Position numbers and translations under genes: made by a program. Shown in pieces: positions 1 to 11,358 of a DNA stretch of 64,000 nt; position 1 is the first letter of the stretch; each line of letters begins with the position of its first letter. Source of the stretch: Klebsormidium nitens (Eukaryota > Plantae > Klebsormidiophyceae); NCBI GenBank assembly GCA_000708835.1, contig DF237209.1:1-64000 (forward strand), written 5' to 3'. The notes under the pieces are model-generated. The model saw nothing but the letters and a program-made list of their open reading frames with translations. It was not told the DNA's origin and did no database searches.

Positions 1-73
1 TTAAACAGGTAAAGACTGGTTTCAGTGTATCAACGGTAAAAAGTTGATCTAACTCGAAATGGCAGGAGAAAAC

Positions 74-651
74 AATATTACATTCAAATTTTTATAGAAG
101 CCTGTCCCTAATTAGCGGCTAAGTATGGTCTCCCGTATCCAAGACTTAAGCCGCGGTATCCTTTGAGGCTCGCGCACGGATGACGCGTGCCTGAGAAAAC
201 TCCCGTTCGAAACCTGTGCAGAGTGAAATAGCGGTTTGTTTGAAGCTTTGCGCGTCTTATAAGAGAAAATATATGGTTAATTGTGGATATTTTTCATACG
301 TTTTTATGCATTGGGGCGTGATCAAAAACAATAATGCCTGCCCTACGCCTTACCCCTTTCAGAAATTCAAATTTTTTTGCGCAAAAAAGTTTGAGAGGCG
401 TGACGTCATATATGGTTAAAATATCCATTAGTAAAAACTTTTTATTTTAACCATGGGTTAGCCACAGTTGAGACCATTCTCAGTCTTGTTCGAGACCGTC
501 CAAACCATGCTGGTTCGCCTTGGCGATCAAGACCTCGCGGGGGTTTTTGCGTGCCTGACCAAAGGATACCGCGGCTTAAGTCTTGGATACGGGAGACCAT
601 ACTTAGCCGCTAATTAGGGACAGGCTTCTATAAAAATTTGAATGTAATATT
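74..651. mobile_element. MITE / non-autonomous TIR DNA transposon (578 bp, 92-bp perfect terminal inverted repeats)
   Basis: 74-165 (AATATTACATTCAAATTTTTATAGAAGCCTGTCCC...GGTATCCTTTG) is the exact reverse complement of 560-651. The interior is AT-rich with no recognisable protein. If the TIR begins at CATTCAAA, the flanks are CAATATTA / TAATATTA (7/8 match, possible 8-bp TSD). Superfamily not determinable. Confidence 0.8.
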
Positions 652-1156
652 ATAGCATATTATAGCATATAGCCGCCCCCGCGATGCATGCGACCTATAT
701 ATATCGTGCCGCCGACTCAGTCTGATGAACATCGGGGCAGGCCATGCCTGCATATGCAGTGGGGCATTATGGCAATGATCATATTGGCCCGCAGGTCGAC
801 CTATGCATATGGATCTCACCAGTGTCACATGCACATGCACTAACATGGGCCGCCGCAAGGTGGTGGCTTAGTACCAAGGTCACTCACTCGTAATGATACA
901 CCGGTACTTTACCTTCAAAGAGCAATCATAGGTTGTATACTAATAAAAGTTTGGCAATTTTACAGGCAGGCTCGTTCAGTCGTCATTCCGAATAACTCAA
1001 GTCAATCGTCAGTATGCAGTAAGACAGTGACGGTAACTGCATCTGATGCACAACGCTGCGGCCGAGGACTTATGGCCGGCGTTTACGCAATCTAGGAGCT
1101 AAGTTACAACACGCACTCGATTCTGTCCTCCTTTGGAGCGGCCCAGTGACTCAAGT

Positions 1157-2869
1157 CTACTTGCTGACATCAAACGAGTCCAAAACCTGGTGCAACGCGT
1201 CAGCGAGGGGCAAAGGCGCTGGCTTCTCTGGGCTGTCCGGGTACGTGATGTTCAAGATGAACAACTTTTTCCTTACCACCGTAACCGCTGTTAGAGTTCG
1301 TTTCCCTCCTCTAGAACTGTCGAGCGCGTATTCAAGAGTGTATAGAGGAGCGCCTGCCGTACGGGCAGTCTTTCGGTCTATTCTAAGCATTGTGGCACTG
1401 TTCGTACTGCCCTGCAAACGGGACACGACACAGATGGGACTCTAGTCTCAGCTGGAAGAGAAATCATGTCAAAATGCATCGCTTCAGATTTGACGTATTA
1501 AACGTATCGAATTCGCTGTGTATAAGAGGAGATACTTCCTATTGGCGATTCGTGTGGAGGGTCAAGGGCCCATCGAAAAGAACAGCGTTTCGAACTCCAG
1601 TCGTTTTGGACTTGCATTCAAGAATAGAGCCTCCTGGAGAAGAAGCGTTACAGAGTGGCATCCTCCGTTTTGTCCCTCCGCTTCCGCCCTGCAAATCCAC
1701 TTATACAAGAGAGACCAGTCTCAGCAAGAAACATTTGGAAGCAAGACCTCACCTTTTTGCGTTCTGCCACCAAGACATTCTCCCCTACAGTCTCCGCGTC
1801 CCCAAACTCGGTGAGGCTGTCGATTCGAACAGGATTCACCACAACTCCGATGCTGTTCTTGCGGTTTCTGGGGTCCTCTATAAGGAGTGTGGCTCCTGCT
1901 TTTTCAACGATCTCCCAGCCTTGTGGCCGGGACACACTGAATCCTTCTTTCTTGTCCTCGTACGGTACCAACACAAGCTCCGAATCAGTGGTAGCGGGGG
2001 TTTCTGCAGGTCGGTAAAGTAGCGAGTCAAATGAACGAATTCCTCCAAAGACAGCTGACTCTCAGAACGTGCACTTGGACATCTTTTTTGAAACCCTTTC
2101 CTCGCATCCTGGGTGCTTGAGACTGCAAAGGCTTCTGACCCCCTCCACAAGTACTGCAGGATTGAGAACCGGTTCTACCCGTTCTGAGATGCACCAAGTT
2201 GTTGATCGGTTCGCTGATGAGCGCCTTTTGCAACGCTACAACTTCTAGGCAGCCCCATCAATCAAAAAGCGGGTGAAAACCATCAGGGCTGCGGCAGCGG
2301 CTGCGGTCGAAAGTGATGTGCAGTGGTCAGAACTACAAACGCAGGAAAAGCAGCCATGGATTGGGTCTGAAAAAGAAAAGCAAATCACATAAGCTTGAGC
2401 TGAGCTTACCCTCTGCAAGTGCCGTCCCACTACCACTCAGCAGAAGCGGAATTGCAAGGCCAAGCAGACCGGCCGTCCGCCTCGTCAGTGCTGGCAGTGC
2501 GGACACATCTGCTTTTGGCTGCTGCGATTCAGAAGAACTAGCTACATACTGATGCTGATCAGCAGCGTTGATCCTCTTAGGAGATTCTGAGCTCACAATC
2601 TCCTTGTGCAATCCTACATTCTGGACGGCGGTATGACGAAGATCAGGCATGTCTGAATGTGATGGCATTGCTTTAGGTGCTCTGCATCTTGCTTGTCTGC
2701 CATTGGCCAAGTCTCTCAAACAGCGTGCGCTTCCAATTTCGCCTACTCTGGGAATTGCAATGCTGGTTTCAAAAGAGCTTTTCCTTGGCGCCGCACCGGT
2801 TTGGAGCTCGAGCTGGTGGCAGCAAGGGGCGAGGCGGTGCCACGATTGGTGGCAGAGTGCGGAGCTCAT
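1157..2869 (-). CDS. PPD2: PsbP domain-containing protein 2 (thylakoid lumen), 3 exons, ~321 aa
   Basis: complement(join(1157..1411,1753..2003,2410..2869)); GT-AG introns with consistent phase. Contains KAGATLLIEDP..NSIGVVVNPVRIDSLTEFG and YTLEYALDSSRGGKR..LFILNI, which match plant PPD2. RRTAGLLGLAIPLLLSGSGTALA is a twin-arginine lumen signal with an AxA site. Start codon is the least certain part. Confidence 0.85.
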
Positions 2870-3680
2870 TCTCTTGGAACATAAGGATGGATAACCTGTC
2901 TCGACGTTGCAGACACCGCCTCTTGTGAAACACTGACAGTGACAGAGGCGCTTCGATTATCAGAGCGCAAATTCCATGGAGCCAATGCGAGGAGAACAGC
3001 TATCAAAGTTAGAGCCTAGCGTCCAAGGCGTGGCAACTCGCAGAGCTTTGATACCGTCGATCCAGAGGTTCCAGCCAATCCAACAGTCAGATTCTGTCCA
3101 CGTGGAAAAGGTGCCCAGAAAAGCTTGCATGCACAATGTGCTGATTCAGCCTGATTAGATCTGCTTGCAAGTTGCCAGGCCCCTGCAAAAGCTTTTGAGT
3201 ATCATTTTGCTAGCTATGTAGCTGATGAATGGTGGTGGCGATTTGAGGATCAGGAGGCGCAGGAGGGCAGAAATTTGAGGTGCTCTTAATTCTTCAGCTG
3301 CGGCTTGTCTTGTATGTTGATCCTTAATGGCTCCTCAAAATCAATCAAGCAGCATTGGCGGTCGGTGAGCTACTCGCTTGCGGCGGACCAGACAACAGCT
3401 GAGCTAAGGCCATTAGTTGCATGTTGAAAGAACGCCAGCCAAACGGTGTTGGGTTAGCACCTTGATTAAATCTCTTACCATCAGCATCAGGTGTTGCGCT
3501 CTCTCTCCCTCCTTCTCCGGCGTTGCTTACATCAAGATCCATGAGTAGAGGGTAAAGTGAGTCAATGTGTTGATGGGTCAGAACTCTGAGACCAGGGTCT
3601 AAAACAGTACACTGGTCGCCGGAGGTGTTGTGGTTGATTGAACTACAGAGGTGTCAAAGAACTTTTTTTGTCAGTTGAGG

Positions 3681-6552
3681 ATGGGGCGCAGGAAGACAAA
3701 GTTGCCAGTCGGTGGCATTCAGTTTGTATCTAATCAGATAGGCTCGCTTGTCACCCTTGAGTCGCCGCATAGTGTTGTTGATGTTGACAAGCTGCACAGC
3801 CTGGACAGCAAGGATTTTGGCGCTGGTCAGCTGATGGGGGACCACTCAACAATCAGGTTTCAAGGCGGTGCTCAAGGCTCAAAAGCAAGGGCACAGATTC
3901 AGCGGTTGGATTCATTGTGGCACAGGAACACGAAGCTGATAGATGATAGCCAAAGGCTAATGCTAGAGTGAGTACCACGAACCATGAGATATTTTGATCT
4001 GGCTTTGGATTGCTTTAAACAGCTCTTGAAGTGAAGGACTGAACACATATGTTCTGCATGTTCGATACATTGATGCCTTCGATGATGGTGATGGCAATTG
4101 TATCACTATACCTGTGCTGTTTTGTCAGAAAGTTTGTTCCACCGACAGTAATTATGCATCTTCCAGAAGTGGCGCATTGCTTCTAGTGTTCTGGAGTAGG
4201 CCTTTCGCCTGGACCTTGCTTTCAACCCCATTCTGAGGAGTGCACCCTATCTTTGAAGTGCAAACAAGAATAGCAGTGACACTTCGCCGATTGCTGTACA
4301 GATTGCAGTCCCTCCCAGCCCCATCCACTTCAGAGGAGACCACCGAGGTTGCAACCATCACTACACTGAAAGAGATATTGCCTGCCCCGCTTCCTGTCGT
4401 CATTGATGCCTGGGATCAGAGGCCCTCCTTTCTCAAGTTTGGAGACAACGTAGGCACCGGTAAGTCTCTGCTAAGCAGGCGTAACCACAAGCTTCTGCAG
4501 GGACCCACCATTCATCATGCTTCTTCTGAGCAGTCACTTGGTATGCTTCGAGTTCTTGTTGATCTCGGCGTTGGGAAGTCTTCCTTACTGTATTGGCCAC
4601 TCAATGTTTAGTACGCTTTATGGCATCATCTTTCAGTTTCTTGTCGCAGTTTTTTCACTTTTGGCTTGGGTGTGTTTGGTGAAGAAAGTATAAACAGTTA
4701 CATGGATCACAAAATGTTACAAACAATGTTTAAACAATGTTTAAAAAGAGGCTAATCGGAAGGGTCTCAGGCGAAACAGTATCTGAACTCAACGACCTCG
4801 GTCTATGGCCGTCTGGCAACCGGCAGCGTTGGGTTGGCTTGATGCATCCGCCGATTGTCTCCAGGCGACTCTACAATACGCGAATCTCTGGCAAACGTCG
4901 CTACATCCGCCCCCTTCCTGTACATAGGCCTCAACACGCCACGGTGACTTCTCATTTTTGGGCTTTACCTCTTTTGTAACTCGAGCACTTCGAGATCTCG
5001 GGAGCTGCAGCAAGCAATGCCGCGCAGAACATGTAGAACATGGTCTGTTCGAATTGGCTTGGTCAAATCAGCGGCGATGCTCACTCTTGCTTCCTCTGAA
5101 GTTGGTCTCACCGAAAGATGTTTCATTTCTTAATTGTTGACAAGAAGCCGAAGCTTCGAAGCATCAAAACTGGTAGCTCTACACAAAGTCACGAGACTAC
5201 CAAGACAAGTCGACTGGGGAATTATTTCGGGCAGCTGATTTAGTGAGCTGCAGAGAGGTTCTCAGCCCGCAATCTTTGATCAGCCATTGGTCCGTCACGA
5301 AGTTCTATACGTCCCCCATCTCGTTTGCCAGGAACAACACATACAATCGAATATACGCCCAATCGCTTATGGGGGTGGGGGTTGCGTCATCAATGTACCA
5401 CACCTCTCGAGGCGCCACCCGCCCGTTCTTCAGGTGGTGTGACTACGCAATGATTGGTGCTTCGTCCATGGTGAGTATATCCGACCTATCCTTCTCCGGT
5501 GCATGAACGTTTGGACTCCGGGAACTTCGCATACTCATCTAGCCAGGTTGGAAGGTTCCGGAGCTCCTCGAAGAGGAGTCTTTTTTTTGCGGTTGATTAC
5601 TCATTAAGCGAACGTGAACCAGATCTGTCGTGGAATTGTCAACCTAGTCTCACTCCGAGTTTGCAGGGGTTTGGCTTGGGAACACCAGACTCACCACCTT
5701 CTTTCTGGCAAACGTTCACAACTCGATGGCTTTCCTCCTGACTGACGGCCTATCTTTGCAGTGTATGAGTAAAGCCCTGAACCCGGGTCTTTCAAACTGG
5801 TGGCTGCTGCTGTCGGCGAGCCTGCTGCCAGTTCAGCCCATGCTAGTTACTGCCGTGCACGCGGCTGCCATGGAGGTAAGTTTACGGGGTGTCGGATTTG
5901 GCCTTGAATCGTGTACAGAAACTTCGGGATCACGACGTTCGCATCAGGTTAATGTGGCCTTGGCGAGGGCTCGATTGCAAGCATCGTACCAGGACCTTGA
6001 TATTTCAGGATTTTAAGAGTCGCTACTTCGACCGACACTTCCTTATTCCTGTAACTGATCCATGGAAAGTCTCAAAGTTGCCAGCGGCGTGTAATGAAAG
6101 TTCGACCGTGGCCGACTGTTGGAATGCCTTAAAAGTTTAGTGTGTTTCATTCCAAGTTGGAAGGGTATTTCGGATCGTTCATACGAGGCCCATTTTAGGC
6201 TGGTTAGAAGAACTGACGGTGTGTTCTATGGTTAATTGACCCTCTCAATCCCCTTGAGCCTTGATGTCAATTGAGGTTTTCGGTTAGAGAAAGAGGAGTC
6301 TTGGCTTCGCTCCGGCGTGCACCTTCCTGTTTCGTTGACAGAGGCTAGTGTTTGCAGGTGAAATTTGCTAGGCGGAGTCTTGCACAACCTGACCGCTACC
6401 AGAAAGCCCATCGCATGCATGCAGCCTCGACGTTCTTAGGGTGTGTCTGCTTCCTTGCGGAAGAGGTGTACCCTGATGTACCATTCATTCATGCTGCTTG
6501 GCATGTTGCAGCTGCCTTAGCGATTCACACGAGCAATGCTTTGTTGAAGTGA
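3681..6552 (+). CDS. Conserved green-lineage membrane protein, CREST-like (ceramidase/HlyIII-type) superfamily, 6 exons, ~323 aa
   Basis: join(3681..3967,4302..4459,4865..4943,5332..5470,5762..5875,6358..6552); phases consistent. Motifs LANVATSAPF, SLMGVGVASSMYHTSRG, RWCDYAMI and IHAAWH give the SxxxH / D / HxxWH pattern typical of CREST proteins. First exon and start codon less certain. Confidence 0.75.
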
Positions 6553-8282
6553 AGTATCGAGTCCTCGGATCGTGTTGATAAGAACACGCGCACTTAGTCT
6601 GCTACGAATCAAGAATTCGCGCAAGCAAGCCAGACCTCATTAGATGCCTCCAAATATCGCAACGGCCTGTTCAACGCCTGTTAGTGCTTGCAGTATAGGA
6701 AAACGATCTGGCCAGCCGGTAAAGATAATAAGAAAGTGGAACGCTGTCACAATCAATCTTCTCTTTCTTTCAGACTTTTAAGCTATTACAATGAATCGGT
6801 AGTGGTCGGACGCGTTCTTACATACCAATTGCTTATATGATGGCTAGGTCACTTTATGATTACAATCAGCTCAATTGTAATTGGTATGTAAATACCCAAC
6901 GTGAACCTGGCAGTGGCTGCAAGGCTCTTTGAGGTGCACCGTGTCATTCTGACGCTATCCAAATGAATTTTGGTGCAAGACTTTGTAAGCCCAAAGCTTG
7001 GACCGTCGGACGGTAACTGAATTTCGTATAGGTTTTGTATGGTCTCGCCCTGATTGCAAGCTGAAAGATTTCTATGCGAATGCAGCTCTTAAACACACAT
7101 GATGATCGTCGGAATCGTCCAAATCAATTCAAACTAATCAATCGAACCAAATTTGAATTGTTCATGTTTCGCCGGGCCATCGACCTCAGGGGCAACTGCT
7201 TTCCTAGTAACCAGTCAGCGCGGGCGGTTTTCATGATCGACTACCATGCAGGCGCGGGCCGGGGTCTCAAGTTTCGTCTTTGAAGTTTGAAGACGCTTTT
7301 CGAAGCCTTCAAAGAGCTCTAGGCTTCATTGAAAGATAGGAAGACGCCGGACGGCCCACGCCACGCGCTCAGTGGTTAGTATCGTACGCGCGGCGCGCGC
7401 GTGGTGATGGGCTAGGGCCCGGGCCACTGAAAGTCGTCGGATAGAACTCTGGTGAATGAATGGCTGGATGGCTTGCCATGAATACCTACGATGAACTTGC
7501 CATCGGGCGGTAGGCCGTACTTGCCGCTGCTGACGCCAGGCTCTGTGGCGCTGAATGATGTCACACAAAATAAAGTGCTCAATCGGTGTGAATCTGTCCA
7601 GATCTATGTAGACCTCTCATCCGCACTCTGCGGAAAAGTGCATGCTCGAGCACGGCACTGCTTGAGACCTATTCGAACGAGATAAAGGACCGCTTGCGGA
7701 ATATGAGGAAAACCTTAAACAAATATCTCGTGCGCTTTTTGAAAGGTTTCACACAGCCTGCGCTAATCGGCCCCGCCTCTGGAGGTTTTGCGCAGGCATT
7801 GCCTGTCTCAGGCGGGGGCTTTTTGGCCGGCCCGAAGAGGACTGCAATTAAAGGTCGTACCACAGGAAGATCTCTCATCATTGAAAAGATCTCCCGTATC
7901 TGGAGACGCAATCTCAGGCGTCGATTTGCCTACAAGGTCGACGTGGCCGCGCAGCATACTGCCAAAAGGAATGGCCAAGAAGCTACCAGAAGAGAGTGCA
8001 GATTCCATTTCTTCCTCAAAAGCCACATCACAGCACGAGCGAAGCTTGGAAGGATCCGATCGCGATGCATGAGGGATGATCTTTCGGCTGGTTTGGCTGC
8101 AGGAAGGGCGGATCTTTTCGCCGCCCTGACTCTGGCAGCACCTTCTTCTGTTTGTGGAAGGAAGGTGACGCCTGGGCCCTGGAGTCCTCCGTTTAAAAGC
8201 CTTTTGAAGGAGTTGGGAAGCCTTCTCTGGTCAATTCTTTGTACGGTTGCTTGGAAGAGGCCTCTGTGTTTGGAAAAGGAGC

Positions 8283-8303
8283 ATGTGGTGGTGTTGTTGG
8301 TGA
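8283..8303 (+). promoter_or_regulatory. Short upstream ORF (MWWCCW*) 63 nt before the HsfB start codon
   Basis: ATG TGG TGG TGT TGT TGG TGA read directly at 8283-8303. Whether it lies inside the transcript leader is inferred. Confidence 0.45.
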
Positions 8304-8366
8304 ATCTTGTCGCAGCGCTTGGCGACTCCCCCTTTCTGCACCCTCTGCTTCAATTCTGGTGCAGCA

Positions 8367-10038
8367 ATGGCTAAGCTTAGCATATCCATTGCTGATACCA
8401 GCGAGGCCCCCTTGGCTTCTCTGGAAACACAGCGCTCCAGTGGTCCAGCTCCCTTCTTGAGCAAGACGTTTCAGCTGGTCGATGATGTCAGCACAGACGA
8501 CATTGTCTCGTGGGGGAAGCATGACACCAGCTTCATTGTGTGGAAACCGATGGAGTTTGCCAGGGACCTCCTCCCAAATTACTTCAAGCACAACAATTTC
8601 TCCAGCTTTGTCCGGCAATTGAACACCTACGTGAGTTCCCGAACTATGCTGAATTGAGCGGGAGAGTGCCTAGCAAACAGCCACTCTTGTTCTGAGGATC
8701 CTCCTCCTCAAATGAGGCAAGGCCACACGAGAAAGCACAGTCATTTGGAGGACATTAGGCTATTCCTATTTAGATGCACTGGAGCATATGGTTCACATTC
8801 AATGTGCACTAATCTGCTGTTTTGGCAAGGTGTTTGCTGGTTTGCTCGCAGAATGTGGAACTCGCTGGTTGACAGAAGTTTGCAATTGGAGCTAAGCTCC
8901 ACACAGCAGCATTCTAGGTGGTCAGCTAATGATGAGAAAGCGCTTAGTGCAGAGTTGGATTCTTCACCTGGTTTGCTGCCAAGCTTTGTCGCCGTTGGTT
9001 TGCCAGTGAATAGAAGGGCCTCCTTGGCACATCTGGGTGTAAGCAGATTCTTTTCAAAGGGTTCAGCTTTCTTCTCTACTGACTTGACAGGCCAGCAAGT
9101 GTCTCCACCAGACTGCCACATCACATCAAATCCGATTGTTGTTCTGCATTGCGAAGCTCGCTCTTTGCTGACCTCTCCTTCCCTCTCTCCAGGGCTTCCG
9201 CAAAGTCGTCCCTGACCGGTGGGAGTTTGCCAATGAGTCATTCAAGCGCGGCGAGCCTCATCTGCTCTCTGAGATCCACCGCCGCAAGTCGTCCGCCATC
9301 TCTCCTTCCAGCAGCGGCGGCGGCGCCGCCTCCCTCCCCTCCCCAGACATCTGCCCCCCCGACTCCCCTGACAGCATCATTTGCGACCAGTTTGAACCTC
9401 CTGGGGGAGAGGCCAGCCCACCTGCACAGCCCGGCAATGCCCCCTTAGGACAGATCCCCGGGCAGTCTTTGTCGGTGGAGAACGAGCGGTTGACTCGCGA
9501 CAATGTGCTGTTGCTCAACGAGTTGACGCGGGTGAGAAAGATGTACGATGATGCGGTGGTGTTCATCCAGTACCAGGCGCGGGTGGCGATGCAGATGCGG
9601 GGGGGTCCGTTCTTGCATCCTGGTGCGCATATGCAGAACCCAATGGCGGCATATGCCACCCTGATGCAGCACATGCCGGGTTGTGTCAATCCCGCTATGT
9701 CGGGATTCTCTACCGTGGACTATGATGGGAAGGGGAAGGAGATGTTTCCTGGGTATGCTGCCCAGGCGGGGGGAGTGCCGAATCTGAACAGGTCAAAGTC
9801 CGAGGGGGCACCGGTGGAAGGTCACGCAGAGGGCTCTGCACAGCGATTTGCGAGCCCCTGTGTGGGTTACCCTGGGTTTCCTCAGGGATTTCAGCACTAC
9901 CGGAGTACTGAGGGCTCAAGGGATGAGCGGGGCCCGAAGTTGTTTGGGGTTTGTCTCGATGCAGAGGGGACGAGACGAAGGGAGGGGGAGGAGCTTGCTA
10001 GGGGGGGAGAGAAGAGAGTAAAGCGGGAGGCTGCCTAA
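8367..10038 (+). CDS. HSFB: Class B heat shock transcription factor, 2 exons, 369 aa
   Basis: join(8367..8630,9193..10038). HSF DNA-binding domain [30 protein letters not shown]|[15 protein letters not shown] with the conserved plant intron after NTY. Compact HR-A/B ([21 protein letters not shown]), class-B repressor motif KLFGV, basic C-terminal KRVKRE. Confidence 0.95.
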
Positions 10039-11358
10039 AGTATTGGTTCGATGCATTGATTGGCATAGATCATGGGGGTGGGGTTGAATCTAGGTTGTCT
10101 TGTATATTAGAAGTCAGCGACTGGTAGAGCCACTAGATCTGGTGGATATTTTTTGGCGGAGGAGAGGGCCTGGTCGCCCTCATGCTTCGCTCATTGGCAA
10201 GCATAGCTGAAATGTCTGCACATCGCTTTGAGCAGATGTGATTGCCCTGAAGTTGGTTTAGTTAGGGTCGCAGGGCAGGTTTCATTGACAAGCCACATAA
10301 ACGTCCACTCTTTTAAAAGAACAAGACAGCCCACATTGGGCTTTAGACGCTATGAACAGTAGCCAGTGCCCGAGACCAACGGCTCGACCTATGCTTTTCC
10401 ACACCAGCCTGTACAAAATTCTTTCCACAGCGAGGCAGAAAAGACTCGCTGTGTGGCTTAGGATCGAGACTGGCTAAGGACACGGTAGAAAGACATATGT
10501 CCCTATTGTGCACGTACAGGACAAATGGCCTCAGGCCAAATTTTGATTGCAAGCAGTTTGCATTGACCAATAAATTCAATTTTAGCACAATTCTCGAACT
10601 TAAGCAGGTCACCGCCTCTTCAGAATTTGCCATGATCTGATCTGATCTGTTTCAACTTCAGTGCAATCCATGCTTGAAGCTCTTCATTATGCAGATGGAT
10701 CCGACTTCATGTTATGAGTCTGAGGTCAGGCTAGATATACTTTGCCTTGCGTGCGGGAGTGCATGCCACGCTAAGTGGCAATTGAACTTATAATGAGTGC
10801 CTGTAGGCCCGTCAATGAATATTCTCATGACTCAGATTTGACTACAACCTCTTGAGGAAACTGATTGCATGGACCGTGGACCCAATGCAATGCAACTAGC
10901 ATCATAAATTTTCTGTATTAAAGTTGTAATTGATTGACTGACACGGAATTCAATGAGCTTGTCTTCTAAATGAAATAATTACTCCTGAAAGTCGCCGATC
11001 GCGAACGTGGCAGTCAGCTCAGTCTACATGGCAATCATTGTGTGCGAAAAGATGCATGCACATTGCAGACTCACCAGCATACCCAATTTGCAGATGGTAT
11101 AACGTCATGCTGGCATGCACGAATGATCGAATGACTTGCAATTTATGGAGGGAGTGTGATACAGGCAGCATATCGAAACAGTAGTGAAAGACGGCAGCAG
11201 TTCAATTTGTCGCCTTCTACAAAGTAAGACGTACATTGAGTCCCTTCTTTCTTGAGATCTCTACCCGCCTTTCACTTACGACTATTACCTTGCTCGGAAG
11301 CAGAATTCTGTCTCCTTTTGATGAAGTAAGGAACGAGGCGGTTATGTCTGATAGTTGG

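Noticed and set aside
3345-3971. Possible degenerate retroelement on the minus strand
   Set aside because: No RT or integrase motifs. The plus strand is explained as the 5'UTR and first coding exon of the CREST-like gene.
7270-7330. Heat shock elements upstream of HsfB
   Set aside because: GAA/TTC units are present but not at the canonical nGAAnnTTCn spacing.
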